A stretch of 64,000 nt of DNA from Octopus bimaculoides (Eukaryota). How positions within the stretch are numbered: position 1 is the stretch's first letter; each line of letters begins with the position of its first letter. The stretch lies in assembly GCF_001194135.2 (NCBI RefSeq), contig NC_068982.1, forward strand, positions 32,179,853-32,243,852, in the 5' to 3' direction. Below, piece by piece: positions 38,643 through 52,790 of this stretch. The notes beneath the pieces are model-generated. The model did no database searches, was not told the DNA's origin, and worked only from the letters and a program-made list of their open reading frames with translations. The position numbers were made by a program, and so were the translations under genes.

Positions 38643-39715
38643 NNNNNNNNNNNNNNNNNNNNNNNNNNNNNNNNNNNNNNNNNNNNNNNNNNNNNNNNNN
38701 NNNNNNNNNNNNNNNNNNNNNNNNNNNNNNNNNNNNNNNNNNNNNNNNNNNNNNNNNNNNNNNNNNNNNNNNNNNNNNNNNNNNNNNNNNNNNNNNNNNN
38801 NNNNNNNNNNNNNNNNNNNNNNNNNNNNNNNNNNNNNNNNNNNNNNNNNNNNNNNNNNNNNNNNNNNNNNNNNNNNNNNNNNNNNNNNNNNNNNNNNNNN
38901 NNNNNNNNNNNNNNNNNNNNNNNNNNNNNNNNNNNNNNNNNNNNNNNNNNNNNNNNNNNNNNNNNNNNNNNNNNNNNNNNNNNNNNNNNNNNNNNNNNNN
39001 NNNNNNNNNNNNNNNNNNNNNNNNNNNNNNNNNNNNNNNNNNNNNNNNNNNNNNNNNNNNNNTTGTGTGTATGTGTGTGTGTGGGGGGGGTTAGTGTGTG
39101 TATGTGTGTGTGTGTGTGTTTCTTGTCTTGACATCACATGATGGTTGTAAATGAGCATCATTCCTTTCTAGTCTTTCATGGAAATTCTTTCTGGCCACAA
39201 GGAAATATTACCTTCCTTAGAAACAGGAAGAACATCTAGCCAACGAGAATTTTCCTCAATGAATTCCATCTGACCAATGAAAGCAGGAAAAAGTGGGCAT
39301 TAAAAATGATGAAAGGGATGACAATAATGTAAATTCTGTCAATAATCCTATAACTGAGCCTTTTTTAAACAATGACAATGATGACAAAACATATTTTAGG
39401 AAACAATCAGAAGCTTTGAATATCACAACTGCATTTATTGTTTGGAGTTTCAATGTAGAAGATAGAAGACATTGATGTTCTTTCTATGTATATTCAAGTT
39501 GAACAATCTATAACCGTAAAGAATTATATTGAATATAAAACAAGAAATTGTAATAGGGGTGAAAAAAATAGTCTGGTGGATTGCATTTGTTGCAAATGAA
39601 ATTTTATACTAAGTAGATGTTAATATAATTGGAGAATATCTTTCTGAGTATGTATCTGTATGTGTGTCTATGTGTGTGTGTATGTGTGTGTGCATGTGCA
39701 TGTGCATGTGTGTGC

Positions 39716-39751
<36 letters not shown>

Positions 39752-39899
39752 ATGTGTGTGCATGTGTGTGTGTGTGCATGTGTGTGTGTTTGAATATATA
39801 CATATATATATATATATATATACATATTTATATATGTGTGTATATATATATACTGTATACATATATAACTAAACAACTACACACACATATATATATATA

Positions 39900-39967
<68 letters not shown>

Positions 39968-39992
39968 TACATATATATATATATATAACTAT

Positions 39993-40160
39993 ATCATCAT
40001 CATCATCATTGTCATTTAACGTCCGCTTTCCATGCTAGCATGGGTTGGACGATTTGACTGAGGACTGGTGAAACCGGATGGCTACACCAGGCTCCAATCT
40101 AATTTGGCAGAGTTTCTACAGCTGGATGCCCTTCCTAACGCCAACCACTCAGAGAGTGTA
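39993..40160 (-). mobile_element. SINE/LINE tail family D with (GAT)n end (RTE-type tail)
   Basis: (ATC)n..TTTAACGTCCGCTTTCCATGCTAGCATGGG..CAGCTGGATGCCCTTCC; second copy at 47448. Confidence 0.8.
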
Positions 40161-40173
40161 GCCACTCAGAGAG

Positions 40174-40222
<49 letters not shown>

Positions 40223-40601
40223 AGTTATACATATGTAGACATAGAGATTTATATATATATATTTAAATACACACACACACACACTCGCACCATACATACA
40301 CAAATATATATAGGAATAATAACATTTGACTGAGAACATGAATATATGTACACAAAATTGACTAGAAGTTGAAAGATATCAACTCAAATATAAAATATAA
40401 ATATAAAAGCTATTGTTCCTACATTCATGTCTGTATTTTTATCACTTTATCACTCTGGAATTTTCTATTAAATACAGTAAAGATATACTCCCATTAGGAA
40501 CTGATACTTTAACAGCCGCAACTGCAAAAATTTCCATACTCCTTCTCTGGTATTGCTATCGATCATGCTGATTATGTTGTCATATATATGTGTATATAAA
40601 C

Positions 40602-40634
<33 letters not shown>

Positions 40635-41729
40635 GATATATACACACATATGTACAAATATGTATGTGTATATATGAATATGCACAAACATGAATATACA
40701 TACATATACATATAAATATACTTGCATATATACATATATATATATATACTTTCATGTGTATACATGTGAATATGCATTGAGTTTGTTGTCATTGTTGGCG
40801 GTGGTGGTGGCGGCGGTGGTGGCAGTAGTGGTGGTGGTATTAGCTGCAGTGGCAGGGGCATAAAGAAAAGTTTCAGATAATGCAATTTTAAGTTTTAAAA
40901 AGGTATCAATTTTGGAAACATGTTAGACCCAGACAGACTTTTCAGAATTCTGGAGATAGCTGCCTTTATGCAACATGCTCAAAATAATTTGCATTTCAAT
41001 TTTGCGTTCTTTAATTTAATGGATATTAGTTTGTAATTTCTTTTTTCTAAAGACAAAATATTTTTGCTCATTTTTTTTTTTTACTTTCTTGCAAGGAAAA
41101 TACAGTTATCTCAATTATTTTAGTCAACAATAGGAATTGCATTATCATCTTTTACACTATTTAAATCACACACACACACACACATTCATTCTCAATATAT
41201 ATATATTGATATTTTATATATTCATTCTCAACAAATATATAACTGTTTCTCTCTGTCTAAATTTCCTTGTTAGTGAATTTATATACACATGCTCATGCAT
41301 AAATATTCTTAATGCAATGTATATATACCTTCATCTATGTATGTGTGTAGCATATACTATGCTACCATTACACAAACTTCCGGAGTATACATAAAATGAT
41401 CTTACAATAAAATTAAATATTGTGTATTTTCATTTAGTATATTTGCTCATGCTAATTTCAACTTAAGCTCAACTATTTAATTCAATTTTAATGTTTTTGT
41501 TTTTGTGTCGTTTTCCATAAATGTGAACACATTCTTATGCCCAAATACAAACTAACAATGATATATATTGTGAAAAAAAAATTAAAATCGTTGACATCAA
41601 CACAAAACACAGTAGGTTGAGCTAGTGCAAATCTCTGGTTAGAAGAATTACAAAAGACATTTTAAAAAGCTTGAATATTTATCCTCAAATCAAGATAACT
41701 TTACTTGTTAGTCATTGTTGAATAACTGG

Positions 41730-41880
41730 TAGCAGATATGGCAGTGTAGTAAAAGGGTTAACCTTGAAGCTATGCTGTTTATGGATCAATCCCACCACAT
41801 GGCACTGCTGAGAAGTGCCTTCCCTTTATAGCCTCCAAAGTTTGAGAGTAAAATTCTGTAGGTGGAAACTATGTGGAAGA
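41730..41880 (+). mobile_element. SINE family A head, decayed
   Basis: ATGGCAGTGTAG..CCCACCACATGGCAC..GGTGGAAACTATGTGGAAG. Confidence 0.5.
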
Positions 41881-42196
41881 CCCCCCCCCCCACCTCACCT
41901 CAATGAACTGTTCCAGTTTTTGGGTGTTTGGCTAAAAATCTGGTTGCCTTTAATGAAGTCTTCTCTAATACAAGCTTTCAGGTTAGGTCTACAGTCTAAG
42001 GATAACATAAGTCATTCCCAACATCAGTCTCAGAGGCCCTTGTGAGGGTCATAGGTACTGCCGTTTCTCTTTTGAATAAATGACAGCGTGAGACCTAGGA
42101 GTTAAGGTATTGCACCCACAATCATATGGTCATGGTTTCGATTCCCGGGCTGGACAGTACATTTAGTCTCAGCTAAATTACTACTAACATTCTCCC

Positions 42197-42251
<55 letters not shown>

Positions 42252-42255
42252 CTAT

Positions 42256-42489
42256 ATACTCTCTTTACTCTTTTACTTGTTTCAGTCATTTGACTGTGGC
42301 CATGCTGGAGCACCGCCTTTAGTCGAGAAAATCGACCCCAGGACTTATTCTTTGTAAGCCTAGTACTTATTCTATTGGTCTCTTTTTGCCGAACTGCTAA
42401 GTTATGGAGACGTAAGCACACCAGCATCGGTTGTCAAACGATGGTGGGGGGACAAACACAGACACACAAACACACACACACACATATAT

Positions 42490-42549
<60 letters not shown>

Positions 42550-42700
42550 CAGGCTTCTTTCAGTTTCCGTCTACCAAATCCACTCACAAGGCTTTGGTCG
42601 GCCCGAGGCTATAGTAGAAGACACTTGCCCAAGGTGCCACGGAGTGGGACTGAACCCGGAACCATGTGGTTGGTAAGCAAGCTACTTACCACACAGCCAC
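42256..42700 (-). mobile_element. SINE family A, full length, young
   Basis: Complete head-to-tail match with CpGs retained (GGGACTGAACCCGGAACC..CTTACCACACAGCCAC). Confidence 0.92.
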
Positions 42701-42734
42701 ATTATATATACACACACATTATATATACACACAC

Positions 42735-42950
42735 ATTTGTGTCTTTGTGTCTGTGTATGTTTCCCACAGCTGGTATTGGTGTATTTATGTCCTTGTAACT
42801 TAGTGGTTTGGCAAAGAGATCAATAGAATAAGTTCTGGCTTTTAAAAAAATAAGTACAGGGGTTGTTTCATCAAGCTAAAAATTCTTCCAGGGGCTGCCC
42901 TGACATGGCCTCAGTAAAATGACTAAAACAAGCAAAAGACTAAAGATATA
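42735..42950 (+). mobile_element. SINE family A 3' half
   Basis: GTAACTTAGTGGTTTGGCAAAGAGATCAATAGAATAAG..AATGACTAAAACAAG. Confidence 0.7.
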
Positions 42951-43579
42951 TAAATATATGTATATGTCACGCTCACCTTACTGTCTCTTCCCCTTACAAT
43001 CTTCCCCCGTTTCTATGACTCACATTTCTCCATTACTCATAGCAGCACCCTTCATGTCATGCATTATACCTGACCTGCCGACTGGCATGATCTCTTTCAG
43101 GTTACTTTGTTATAGCCTAACACCTACTTGCACCATCTTATTAACTATCTCATTAACACCTGCTTGCACCATCTTATTAACTATCCTTCCAAGACTAATG
43201 TACCCTCTGACCCTACTTTTCTGTCACTGCAATAACTCACTGCTCCCCTTATCCAATTTTGCATCCTCTCTTCATTGCCACCCTATCTGGGATATATTTT
43301 CTACATTCATACGCTACTCTTACTCTTCCCCCTATATCTGTATTACCCTCCAGTCTCTCTTCCCACATTACTTTCACTGCACCTACTCTCAGCCACTGGT
43401 TTGTTTCCCCATCCTCTGCCTTTTTTCTTTTACTGTCAGCTTCTCCACGTTCACAAGCATGCATTTATGTATACTTAGAAAGATTAAGAATAGGATGCAG
43501 AAGTCTACTGCTGTAGGTAACCCTCTTCATGCTTGAAGGTGTTTTTTGTGCAACTGACTTGTTCTCACCATCAGTAGTC

Positions 43580-43700
43580 TTACTACTTCTCATTAGCTGA
43601 GTGAACCAGAGCTGTATGAAATAAAGTGTCTTTCTCAAAGACATAATGTACCTACTGGAGTAGAAATCGAACCCACAACCTTATGATTAAGAGAACACTA
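43580..43700 (-). mobile_element. SINE family C head, decayed
   Basis: TGAAATAAAGTGTCTTTCTCAA..AATCGAACCCACAACC. Confidence 0.55.
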
Positions 43701-44999
43701 GGTTACATACTTCTGTGCTTGCTTAAACCTATATAAATTATTTCCAAGCCAGAATAAAAGAGAGCAGATGAAATATATTGCAATGAAATATGCTTATGTA
43801 TGCTTATTGATCAGAAAATAGTAATAATATATTTTCCTTATTTTGTATTATTTTATGTTATTTATTTGCGTAATTATCTTATTGCTGTGGGTAAGTCTAG
43901 ATAATATATTTGACAAGAGCAAAGCAGGCATACATAAATATGTTTTTCCTCTTCTTATGTTCACTTATCTGGGGAATCTTCATAATATTCCAAACAGTAT
44001 TTAATATAGTGTGTGACTATTTACTCATTGCTGAGAATACCCACTGCAATAAAATATGAAGATTATTATATAACTTTCCAAGTAGAAGTGGTTAAAAGAA
44101 AATGAAGAGAAAATTACTATCAAATGCAGAAGAATGGTGATTCATCTGCATTTGAAAATTGATAAACTCATAATAATATACTTGTGTGTCTTTTTTAATT
44201 TGGCTTGTCATCTTTTTTACTGATGACCTGAATAAAATAGAGAGGGAAAATACAAATATAAAAAAGATATTTATAACCACTTATCTGAATTGTGCATTTA
44301 ATAAATCATGTTTTTCTGGCTTCATATCAAGCCTAACTTTTCATATGCTTTGCTGATGTCAACTTACAGAATATTTGTGAGAGGTAAATCTCGTTTGCAA
44401 AATATTCTCAGTTTTAATATCAAATTTTTTCTTATAATCTTGGCATTAACACAGATTTCTTTTTCACAATGTATCTGACAAGCTTTTAAATGGGGAAAGA
44501 TATAGTTAATTAAATTAACATTAATATTTAATTGCTTCTTGTATTGACACCTCTGAACTTATCAACAATAGAAGTAAAGTTTACATTGACAGGACTTCCA
44601 CAAAGAATCCAATCATGCAACTATGTTAATAATAAGAATAAATTGGTAATTACTGAATGAAATTACTCAATGAAGATGGTATTTAAAATTATGAATATAT
44701 ATGGCAAATGGAAAATTGTCCAGTTGTTTGATCTATTTATTTATTTTCTCTGAAATAAGTGAGGTTCAATGTGGATGATATTCTTTTTGAGCAAATGCTA
44801 GTCAACAACAGCAAGAAACACTTGAACTACAAAGGAATTTGAGAAGATCAACATTCTGGAGAAGGAAGGATTGGGTAACTGGTTAATGTGGGCATGGTGT
44901 GGACAGACACACTAAGGTTGTAAGAGGACAAGTCACGTGTCAGTCAGATGAGCCAAAGTGGAGATGACACAAAAGGTATGACTGCAACAGGAGTGAGGA

Positions 45000-45080
45000 T
45001 TCCGCGACGCACACATTCCGCGATGCACACATTTCCGCGATGCACATATACCATGATGCACACATTGCACGATGCACACG
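45000..45080. repeat. CpG-containing 16-bp minisatellite, 5 units
   Basis: TTCCGCGAYGCACACA units, degenerating rightwards. Confidence 0.85.
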
Positions 45081-45164
45081 GAGGACAGAAGTAATTACAG
45101 AGGTATCAACTTTCTGGACCAGGTCATGAAAGGTATAGAAACAGTTACAGCTCAATTAAGAATT

Positions 45165-45380
45165 ATTTCTACTCTAGGCACAAGGCCTTGAAAATTTGGG
45201 GGAAAGGGAGTTATTCGATTATATCGACCCCAGTGCATAACTGGTACTTATTTCATCGGCCCCAAAAGGATGAAAGGCAGAGTCAACCTCGGCAGGATTT
45301 GAACTCAGAATATAGCAGCAGACGAAATACCGCTAAGCATTTCACCCGGCATGCTAACGTTTCTGCCAGCTCGCCGCCTT
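45165..45380 (-). mobile_element. SINE family B, young
   Basis: CTAGGCACAAGGCC..TCGACCCCAGTG..TTTGAACTCAGAA..TTCTGCCAGCTCGCCGCCTT. Confidence 0.88.
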
Positions 45381-45999
45381 GAACAGCTTATTTAATAATG
45401 AAGATAATAAGTTTATAAGAAATGCAGTTTGAATGCAACTAATACTCTCAATCTAGTACAACAACTAGAGGAGTATTACAGTTCTATATTTAAGAGATGA
45501 GGAATTATATACATTATTTACATTTGGTGGATATTATTTACATTTGACAGAGTACTAGAGGAGTAGTATTTAGCTAAAAGGAAGCTGTTGCAATTAATAT
45601 TCATCTACCTGGAGATGGTCCCTCATTCAGTGATCCAGTGGTTTGTGAGGAAGCTTGAGGTAGAGGAATGACTTGTGAGAGTCATACTGGCCAATTACAG
45701 GAATACTGTTAGTAGAGCATGCATTAGCAACTAGTACAGCAACAAATTTAGTGTACAATAGAACTGAATTTGAAACCACATCAAAGCAAAATAACTTTGT
45801 AACCAAGCAGTTTTGCCTGTGTGCTTGTGTAAAAGTTTGTGTATGTGTATGTTTACAAGTGTATGTTTACATGCGTATGTGTGTATGTCTATGAGCATTT
45901 ATCTCCATTTGAGCATTTGTCTCTCTTCATGTTAACATCTCTTGTGCTGGAGAGATACAGTTTTTTATGTTTCACATAGACTGTGTAACACAACTCAGT

Positions 46000-46165
46000 A
46001 TTTGAGCATATGAGAAAAACAGTGGAACATGTCACCTTACTTGAAAAAACCTGTAAAGGTTAACATAAGGAAAGCATCTGTCTCTTGGGTACTGTTTCAA
46101 CAAGTCTCATCTACACCATACCAGCATGGTGAACATTGGATGTAAAAATGATGGCAATGATGATG
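46000..46165 (+). mobile_element. Family D-related SINE tail
   Basis: CACCATACCAGCATGG..GGATGTAAAAATGATG followed by (GAT)n. Confidence 0.55.
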
Positions 46166-46465
46166 ATGATGATGGAAGAAGGAGGATGGGGAGGGAGCGC
46201 AAGTAACAATGACAACAACAAGGATGATGATGAGGTTGATGATAATAATGATGAGGAAGAGGAGGAGGAGCAGGAGTGGTAGGATGACAAGGACAAGAAC
46301 AAAGATGACAATGATAAAAATGACAATGATGATGAGGAGGAGGGGAACAATGATGACGACGATGATGACGACAACAACAACAATGACAACAATGATGATT
46401 ATGATGATAATATCCTGATGATCATGATGATCATGGTAATGACTACAATGACAACAACAACAATA
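46150..46465. repeat. Compound trinucleotide low-complexity tract (GAT/GAG/ACA)
   Basis: Direct reading; explains the poly-I/S/M/T pseudo-ORFs. Confidence 0.9.
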
Positions 46466-46945
46466 CATACACAAAACCAAATACACAAACAATCTTAGCC
46501 AACCACTCACATACACACACATATTCAAATTCATTACAATCATTTTCATTAAATACATTAGATAGTTATAGATTTTGATATTTATCACATCTAATAATAA
46601 TTATATTTCTTATAATTTTGTGCTGTCTGTTCAATATCTATAATAATATTTGTTTCATAATTACTTTTACACTTATTGTAATGTAGAGTTTACTAAACTA
46701 AAATTAAAACAAAAACAAACAAAAAATGGAATATTTTCTTTCAGAAATTTTAAAGATAAAATTGGTTCCATTGAATGTCTTATACTTATAATTTCTCACT
46801 CGTCTCAAATTACATTTAACTTTCTTTTCGTTTTTTTTAATTTCTTTTTTTTGTTTCAAAATGATGTTGTAACGTTATTATTTCATTTTTATAGGGAGAA
46901 AATTAAAGATGTTTCAATTCACAATGAAAGAACTGCCTTTAGAAG

Positions 46946-47004
<59 letters not shown>

Positions 47005-47093
47005 TGTGTGTGTGTGTGTGTACATATATATGTACATATATGCATATATATTTACACACACACACATATATATAATACATATATACATATATG

Positions 47094-47137
<44 letters not shown>

Positions 47138-47388
47138 NNNNNNNNNNNNNNNNNNNNNNNNNNNNNNNNNNNNNNNNNNNNNNNNNNNNNNNNNNNNNNN
47201 NNNNNNNNNNNNNNNNNNNNNNNNNNNNNNNNNNNNNNNNNNNNNNNNNNNNNNNNNNNNNNNNNNNNNNNNNNNNNNNNNNNNNNNNNNNNNNNNNNNN
47301 NNNNNNNNNNNNNNNNNNNNNNNNNNNNNNNNNNNNNNNNNNNNNNNNNNNNNNNNNNNNNNNNNNNNNNNNNNNNNNNNNNNNNNNN

Positions 47389-47421
<33 letters not shown>

Positions 47422-47447
47422 TGTATATATATGTATATATATATATA

Positions 47448-47603
47448 TCATCATCATCGTTTAACGTCTGCTTTCCATGCTAGCATGGGTTGGACAACTT
47501 GACTAAGGACTGGTGAAACAGGATGGCAACATCAGGCTCCAATCTAAATTTGGCAGAGTTTCTACAGCTGGATGCCCTTCCTAACGCCAACCACTCAGAG
47601 AGT
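47448..47603 (-). mobile_element. Family D tail
   Basis: Close match to 39995-40153. Confidence 0.82.
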
Positions 47604-47609
47604 ATGTAT

Positions 47610-47674
<65 letters not shown>

Positions 47675-48211
47675 CACACACACACACACACACATATACA
47701 TATATATATCAATGGATAAAGTTAGCTAGATATAGACATAGATATATAGAACGTTTAACAATATGTCATATTGAACTGTGTGTTGTTGCTGTTTCTTTCA
47801 GTTTTACACAACAACTAAACACTAACGGATTCCTCATTAAAGACATTACATTAATTAGCTGAATCAATTGTATAACATCTCCCAGTTCAAAAATCATAGT
47901 GGTTGTTACTCTTGTTGTATTTGTTATTATCTTTGTGGCTATTGTTGTTGTTGTAATTCAATGCTAGGCCAACCCATATTGAGCTTACTTATGACCAAAG
48001 GCATACCAACCATGCCCATCCTATCTGAGTTATCTGTGGCTGCTTCATCTAATATGTCCTTTGGTTTTTAACCCTTTCTATATCAATGTACCTGTGACTA
48101 CTTTTTGGTCTATGATATAAACTTTCTATTTAAAAGTAATCTAAATTTAAATCTTCAATCAAAATTTCATATTGATCTATGTTCCAGACTCTAGCATAAT
48201 AATTCTTTCTA

Positions 48212-48400
48212 CTATAAGTACAAGGCCTGAAATTTTGAGGGAGGAGATTATTCGTTTATTTCAGTCTCAGCACTTAACTGTTACTTATTTCATCAATCTC
48301 CAAAGATGAAAGCCAAAGTTGACCTCAGTAAAATTTGAACTCAGAACTTAAAGCTAGAAGAAATCTCACTAAGCATTTTGTGCAGTATGCTAATGGTTCT
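48212..48400 (-). mobile_element. SINE family B, decayed
   Basis: TACAAGGCCTGAAATTTTG..AAAGTTGACCTCAG..TTTGAACTCAGAAC. Confidence 0.75.
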
Positions 48401-48427
48401 ATTTTTCCTGTTCACTGTCTTATACTA

Positions 48428-48639
48428 CAGGGTGTCCACAAAGTCTGAGTATATGGGGATTATCACATACCTAAATAAATTGTTATGTCTCATAATTAAT
48501 TGTTTATGTTATGATTTTATCTACTCCATGTACCCACATGGGGATTAACACATACTTAAAGAAATTATTACTTCTTATATTTAATTGTTTATGGTATAAT
48601 TTTATTTACTCCATGTAGCCAAACTTTGTAGACACCCTG
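48428..48639. mobile_element. Second copy of the 212-bp Tc1/mariner MITE
   Basis: TA-CAGGGTGTCCACAAAGTCTG ... CTTTGTAGACACCCTG-TA; same internal duplication. Confidence 0.9.
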
Positions 48640-48717
48640 TAGTTTAATAATCCTTTTTACTATATGTACAAGGCCTGCAATAATGATAATCATTTGTACT
48701 ACAGGCACAAGGCCTGA

Positions 48718-48749
<32 letters not shown>

Positions 48750-48764
48750 TAATAATAACAATGT

Positions 48765-51700
48765 TAAACATATTAAACGGGGACGTTTAACATGTGGGAG
48801 TGATAAAACACTGCTCCAAAATCTATCCCAAAACATCAGGAATAAAGACATCACATGGCGCCAAAAATTGCTGAAAAAGTGTTGAACTATATCCGAGTAA
48901 GTAATACTCGTTGAAATTTATTTCTATTTTCCAAATGAAATGATGTATTTTAACCGTATATCATCTCCACTGTCTGCACAGCACATGTAAACACGCTCGC
49001 CACATTACAATCCAATCAACACCAGACCATCTCCATGACCAAACATCATGTGCAAAAAAATTTTAAATAAATTAAATAATACCGGTATTATTCAATCTAA
49101 GAATAACAATCGGGAAGTACGTACTTTAAACTTGTTACACAAAAAGTATGAAAAACTACACGTGCAAAACAACTTAATACCAGAAATGAATGGACCAATA
49201 CCCTACGAAAATGATGACCAACAAAATAAAGGGTGGGATTATTCCTCATGTCCCACAAATAAAATCAAAAAAGCATAAATGGAGACGTGAGAAATATATT
49301 TCAATCCTACATGTTTATTTTACAGCAGTGCTCTACCCAAAGAACGAAAACACCACAACATATACATATAAAATCTGGAAAAAAAATAACCTAAATATAG
49401 ACTTGGAAAAAGCAATGAACCCTAATAAGCTAGCTGACATAAGAAGATATATTCTCAAAACAAAAAAAAATATCAGAAATAAAAATAGAACACTTAAAAG
49501 GAAAAATACATCAGGAAACTGTAGACAGTAACCACACAGAAATGCCAAATAATATCATAAGCATTGGAACTGTAAAACACAAGGACATGTAACATTTCCA
49601 ACAAAAGCGAAGTAAATAATGAAAGACAACAAAAACAGACGGTAGGAATGTATAATGATGTGCAAAAAGCTCCAAACCTGAACACCACAGACAAATATAT
49701 GAATGGGAAGGAAGACAAAACAAACCTAAAATCTGGAAACAATGAAGGTGAACCTAATGATTATGATACTCTAAAAATGAGCATAATCAAAGAACTGAAA
49801 GCCATAGGTCTCAGTATGGACCACCATGATATTATTTGGCATTGCTGTGTGGTTACTATCTATGGTTTTCTGATGTATTTTTCCTTTTAAGTGTTCTATT
49901 TTTATGTACCTCCCATAAATTAAAATAGATACTAAAACAACATCAATAATAAATAGCATGAACCTGGCTGTCACAGAACTAATATCACCGGGCTAAATGA
50001 CACAATATATGCAGCGGTCACTGTGGCCACAAAAGAAGCTGGATGCTCCCTCAAACCCATCCAAATAGGAGTACCACCACCCAAACAAACCCTGTGGGTA
50101 AATAATATCCAGAAAAAAATAGAAAACAAGAGAAAAAATCTGTCAATCCTTAACGAAACTAGTAGACAATCAACTCCAACCCCAAAAGATTCTACCAAGA
50201 ACTTGGCAAAAATAAAATAGACATCAATACAGCACCAACAGCAGAAGAAGTGGACGAATTTTGGAAAGAAATATAGTCGGCGAAGGAACAACCTCAGAAA
50301 AGGTCTATTAAAACAACGAACTCAGCACCTGAACAACTCTGGACCCTTATAACAACTGAAGAGATCACCTAAGCACTGAAAAACTAAGCAACTGGAAGGC
50401 ACCCTGGCATGATAAGAACCCTAACTTCTGGTTAAAATATCTGACAGGAACATGAGAAATTTAATGACATACTAGCAGAGCCAGAGACAATGCCTGAATG
50501 GCTCACAAAATGTGAAATGGCAAACCCACAAAATTACAGACCAATAACTCGTCTCCCTACAATTTACAAAGCCTTTACTGCAATAATATCACAAGTAATG
50601 AGCAAGCATCTGGAAGAAAACAACCTGTTTCCAAAAGAGCAAAAGGGATGCTGCAAGGGCTCATATGTCTGTAAAGATCAACTAATGATCAATAAAGCCA
50701 TAGCTGAAGACAGTTGCAGAAAGAAGAAGGGTTTAAGTATGGCCTGGATTGATTACCAAAAGGTTTTTGATAGTTTTTCTCACACATGGATCCTAGAAAC
50801 ACTAGCCATGAACAAGGTAGCACCAATAATCATGAAATGTATAAAATACTCTATGAATAAATGGCAGTCAGTGCTACAGCTCCAAACTAAAGAAGGACTC
50901 ATAAAAACCAAAGCCATCCCCATTAGAAGAGGAATATTCCAGGGAGACACGCTCTCTCCACTCCTTTTCTGCTTTCCACTGACACCTTTATCTGACATGC
51001 TAAACAGAACTGGATGTGAATACAATTGTTACAGCAAAACAATCAACCACCTCGTATATGGATGACCTAAAACTGTATGCTACAAATGATAAACAGCTGG
51101 AAACATTACTACAGACAGTACGTGGATTTACCAAAGAAATAAATATTAAATTTGGTTTAGAAAAATGTGCCAAAGCAACCTTGAAAAGAGGAAAACTAGT
51201 TAAGAGTAGTAACATCACACTAGATAAAGCAAATGAAATAAGAGAGTTAGACCAAAGCCAGACATACAAATATTTAGGAATCAATGAACTAGATACGATA
51301 CAACACACCCAAATGAAAGAGAAAATAAAAAAGAATACTGGAGACAAGTTAGATTAATACTGAAAATAAAGTTCAATGCAGAAAACAAGATAATAGGTAT
51401 CAACACTTTAGCCATCCCAGTTATAAGTTACAGCTACAATATCCTTAACTGGACACTAAATGAACTAATCAAAATAGACAGGAAAAAGAGAAAAATAATG
51501 ACAGGATTTAGGATGCACTAACCAAAATCTGACATCTAAAAGTTATATATACAACATATCAAAGGTGGTAGAGGTCTCATACAGCTAGAAAACTCTTACA
51601 AAATAACCACCATATGACTGCAAAAATACCTACTTCAGAAGCAAGGAAAACTACTACAAATAGCCACAAAACATGAACAAAACAAAAAAGCTGTTTTCAG

Positions 51701-52080
51701 AAGCTGACAAATGGAAACAAGAAATCATACTACATTCCAACTATGAAGAAAACGAAGAAACAACAAAACCTATAAAACAAATGAAATTCAAACTAAAACT
51801 AGAACAGCAATGGATCATGATAAAACGATGGCAAGAAAAGCCCCTTCATGGCAAATGCTGGACTAAACTAAATGCAAAAGAAATAGACAAAGCAAAATCC
51901 TGGCAATGGCTGAGAAGCTCAGGGCTCAAAACAGAGACTAAAGGATTTTTAATTGCAGCACAAGACCAAAGCCTCCTCACCAGAAATTTCCAGAAAACAT
52001 ATAATGAAAAGAAACATAACAAGTTACTGCAGAATATGTAGAGATGGACAAGAAACAATAAATCATATTGTCTCCAAATT
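48765..52080 (+). mobile_element. R4/Dong-clade non-LTR retrotransposon relic, 3'-truncated
   Basis: NYRPIT.LPTIYK, EQKGC, AWIDYQKVFDS, RGIFQGDTLSPLLF, YMDDLKLYA, KFGLEKCA, YKYLG, WQEKPLHG, ETKGFLIAAQDQSL, CRIC..ETINHIVS; 5' flank is (TAA)n. Confidence 0.92.
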
Positions 52081-52494
52081 TTCATGTTACCAGAATAAAC
52101 AGACTTATAACTCGTTGGCAATGGTATTTACTTTGATGAATAAAATTTCCGCATTGTTGAAATATATTGTGATGAATTTCATGTTTCAAAACGTTGCTTA
52201 CATTTTACTCAGCCTGATACATAAGAATGTCAACTGTAATTCAGTGATCACCTATCCAGGCTTTATGCAGATCCACTTTGTACTAATGAATTCAGAGATT
52301 TGTACTGCATTGTATTTACAAGCCTTTGTCATTTGTGAAAACATTAATCACTTGACATCATCATATTCAGAATCTTATTCCAGCTCCAAGCAATTCTTAA
52401 TCATTTATCTTTTCAATATTCTAGAAGTCATTTCTAAAAGTTAATTTATCATCTGTGATAGGTACAGGCTTTGATTTGAGCTTAAGGAGTTATA

Positions 52495-52790
52495 TAGGTG
52501 CAGACATGGCATGAGTGAGTTTAAGAAGCTCACTTTGCAACCACGTGTGTTTATGTTCAATCCCAGCAAGTGTCTTCTGTTACACCCACAAGCTGACCAA
52601 TGCTTTGTGATTGAATCTGGTAGATGAAAACTGGTTGAAAGTCTATAGTGTGTGTGTATGTGTGTTTGTGTTCTTACCCTGCCACCACCACCACCATACA
52701 CACACACTTTGGTTTATTTACATTCCTGTAACTTAGTGGTTTGGCAGGAGTGACAGAGAGACTAAATACAAAACTTTAAAAAAATAAGTA
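52495..52790 (+). mobile_element. SINE family A, decayed
   Basis: ATGGCATGAGTGAGTTTAAGAAGCTCACTTTGCAACCAC..GTAACTTAGTGGTTTGGC. Confidence 0.65.

Noticed and set aside
44215-44270. CTGATGA-CCT..AGG-GAAA hammerhead-like match
   Set aside because: No proper stem III, cleavage triplet or first stem I pair; explainable by chance in AT-rich DNA
44810-44940. CR1/L2-like RT C-terminal remnant
   Set aside because: Resemblance too degenerate to support by eye
52080-52444. About 120 open codons continuing from the Dong relic
   Set aside because: No recognisable motif; read-through from a dead element into flanking DNA
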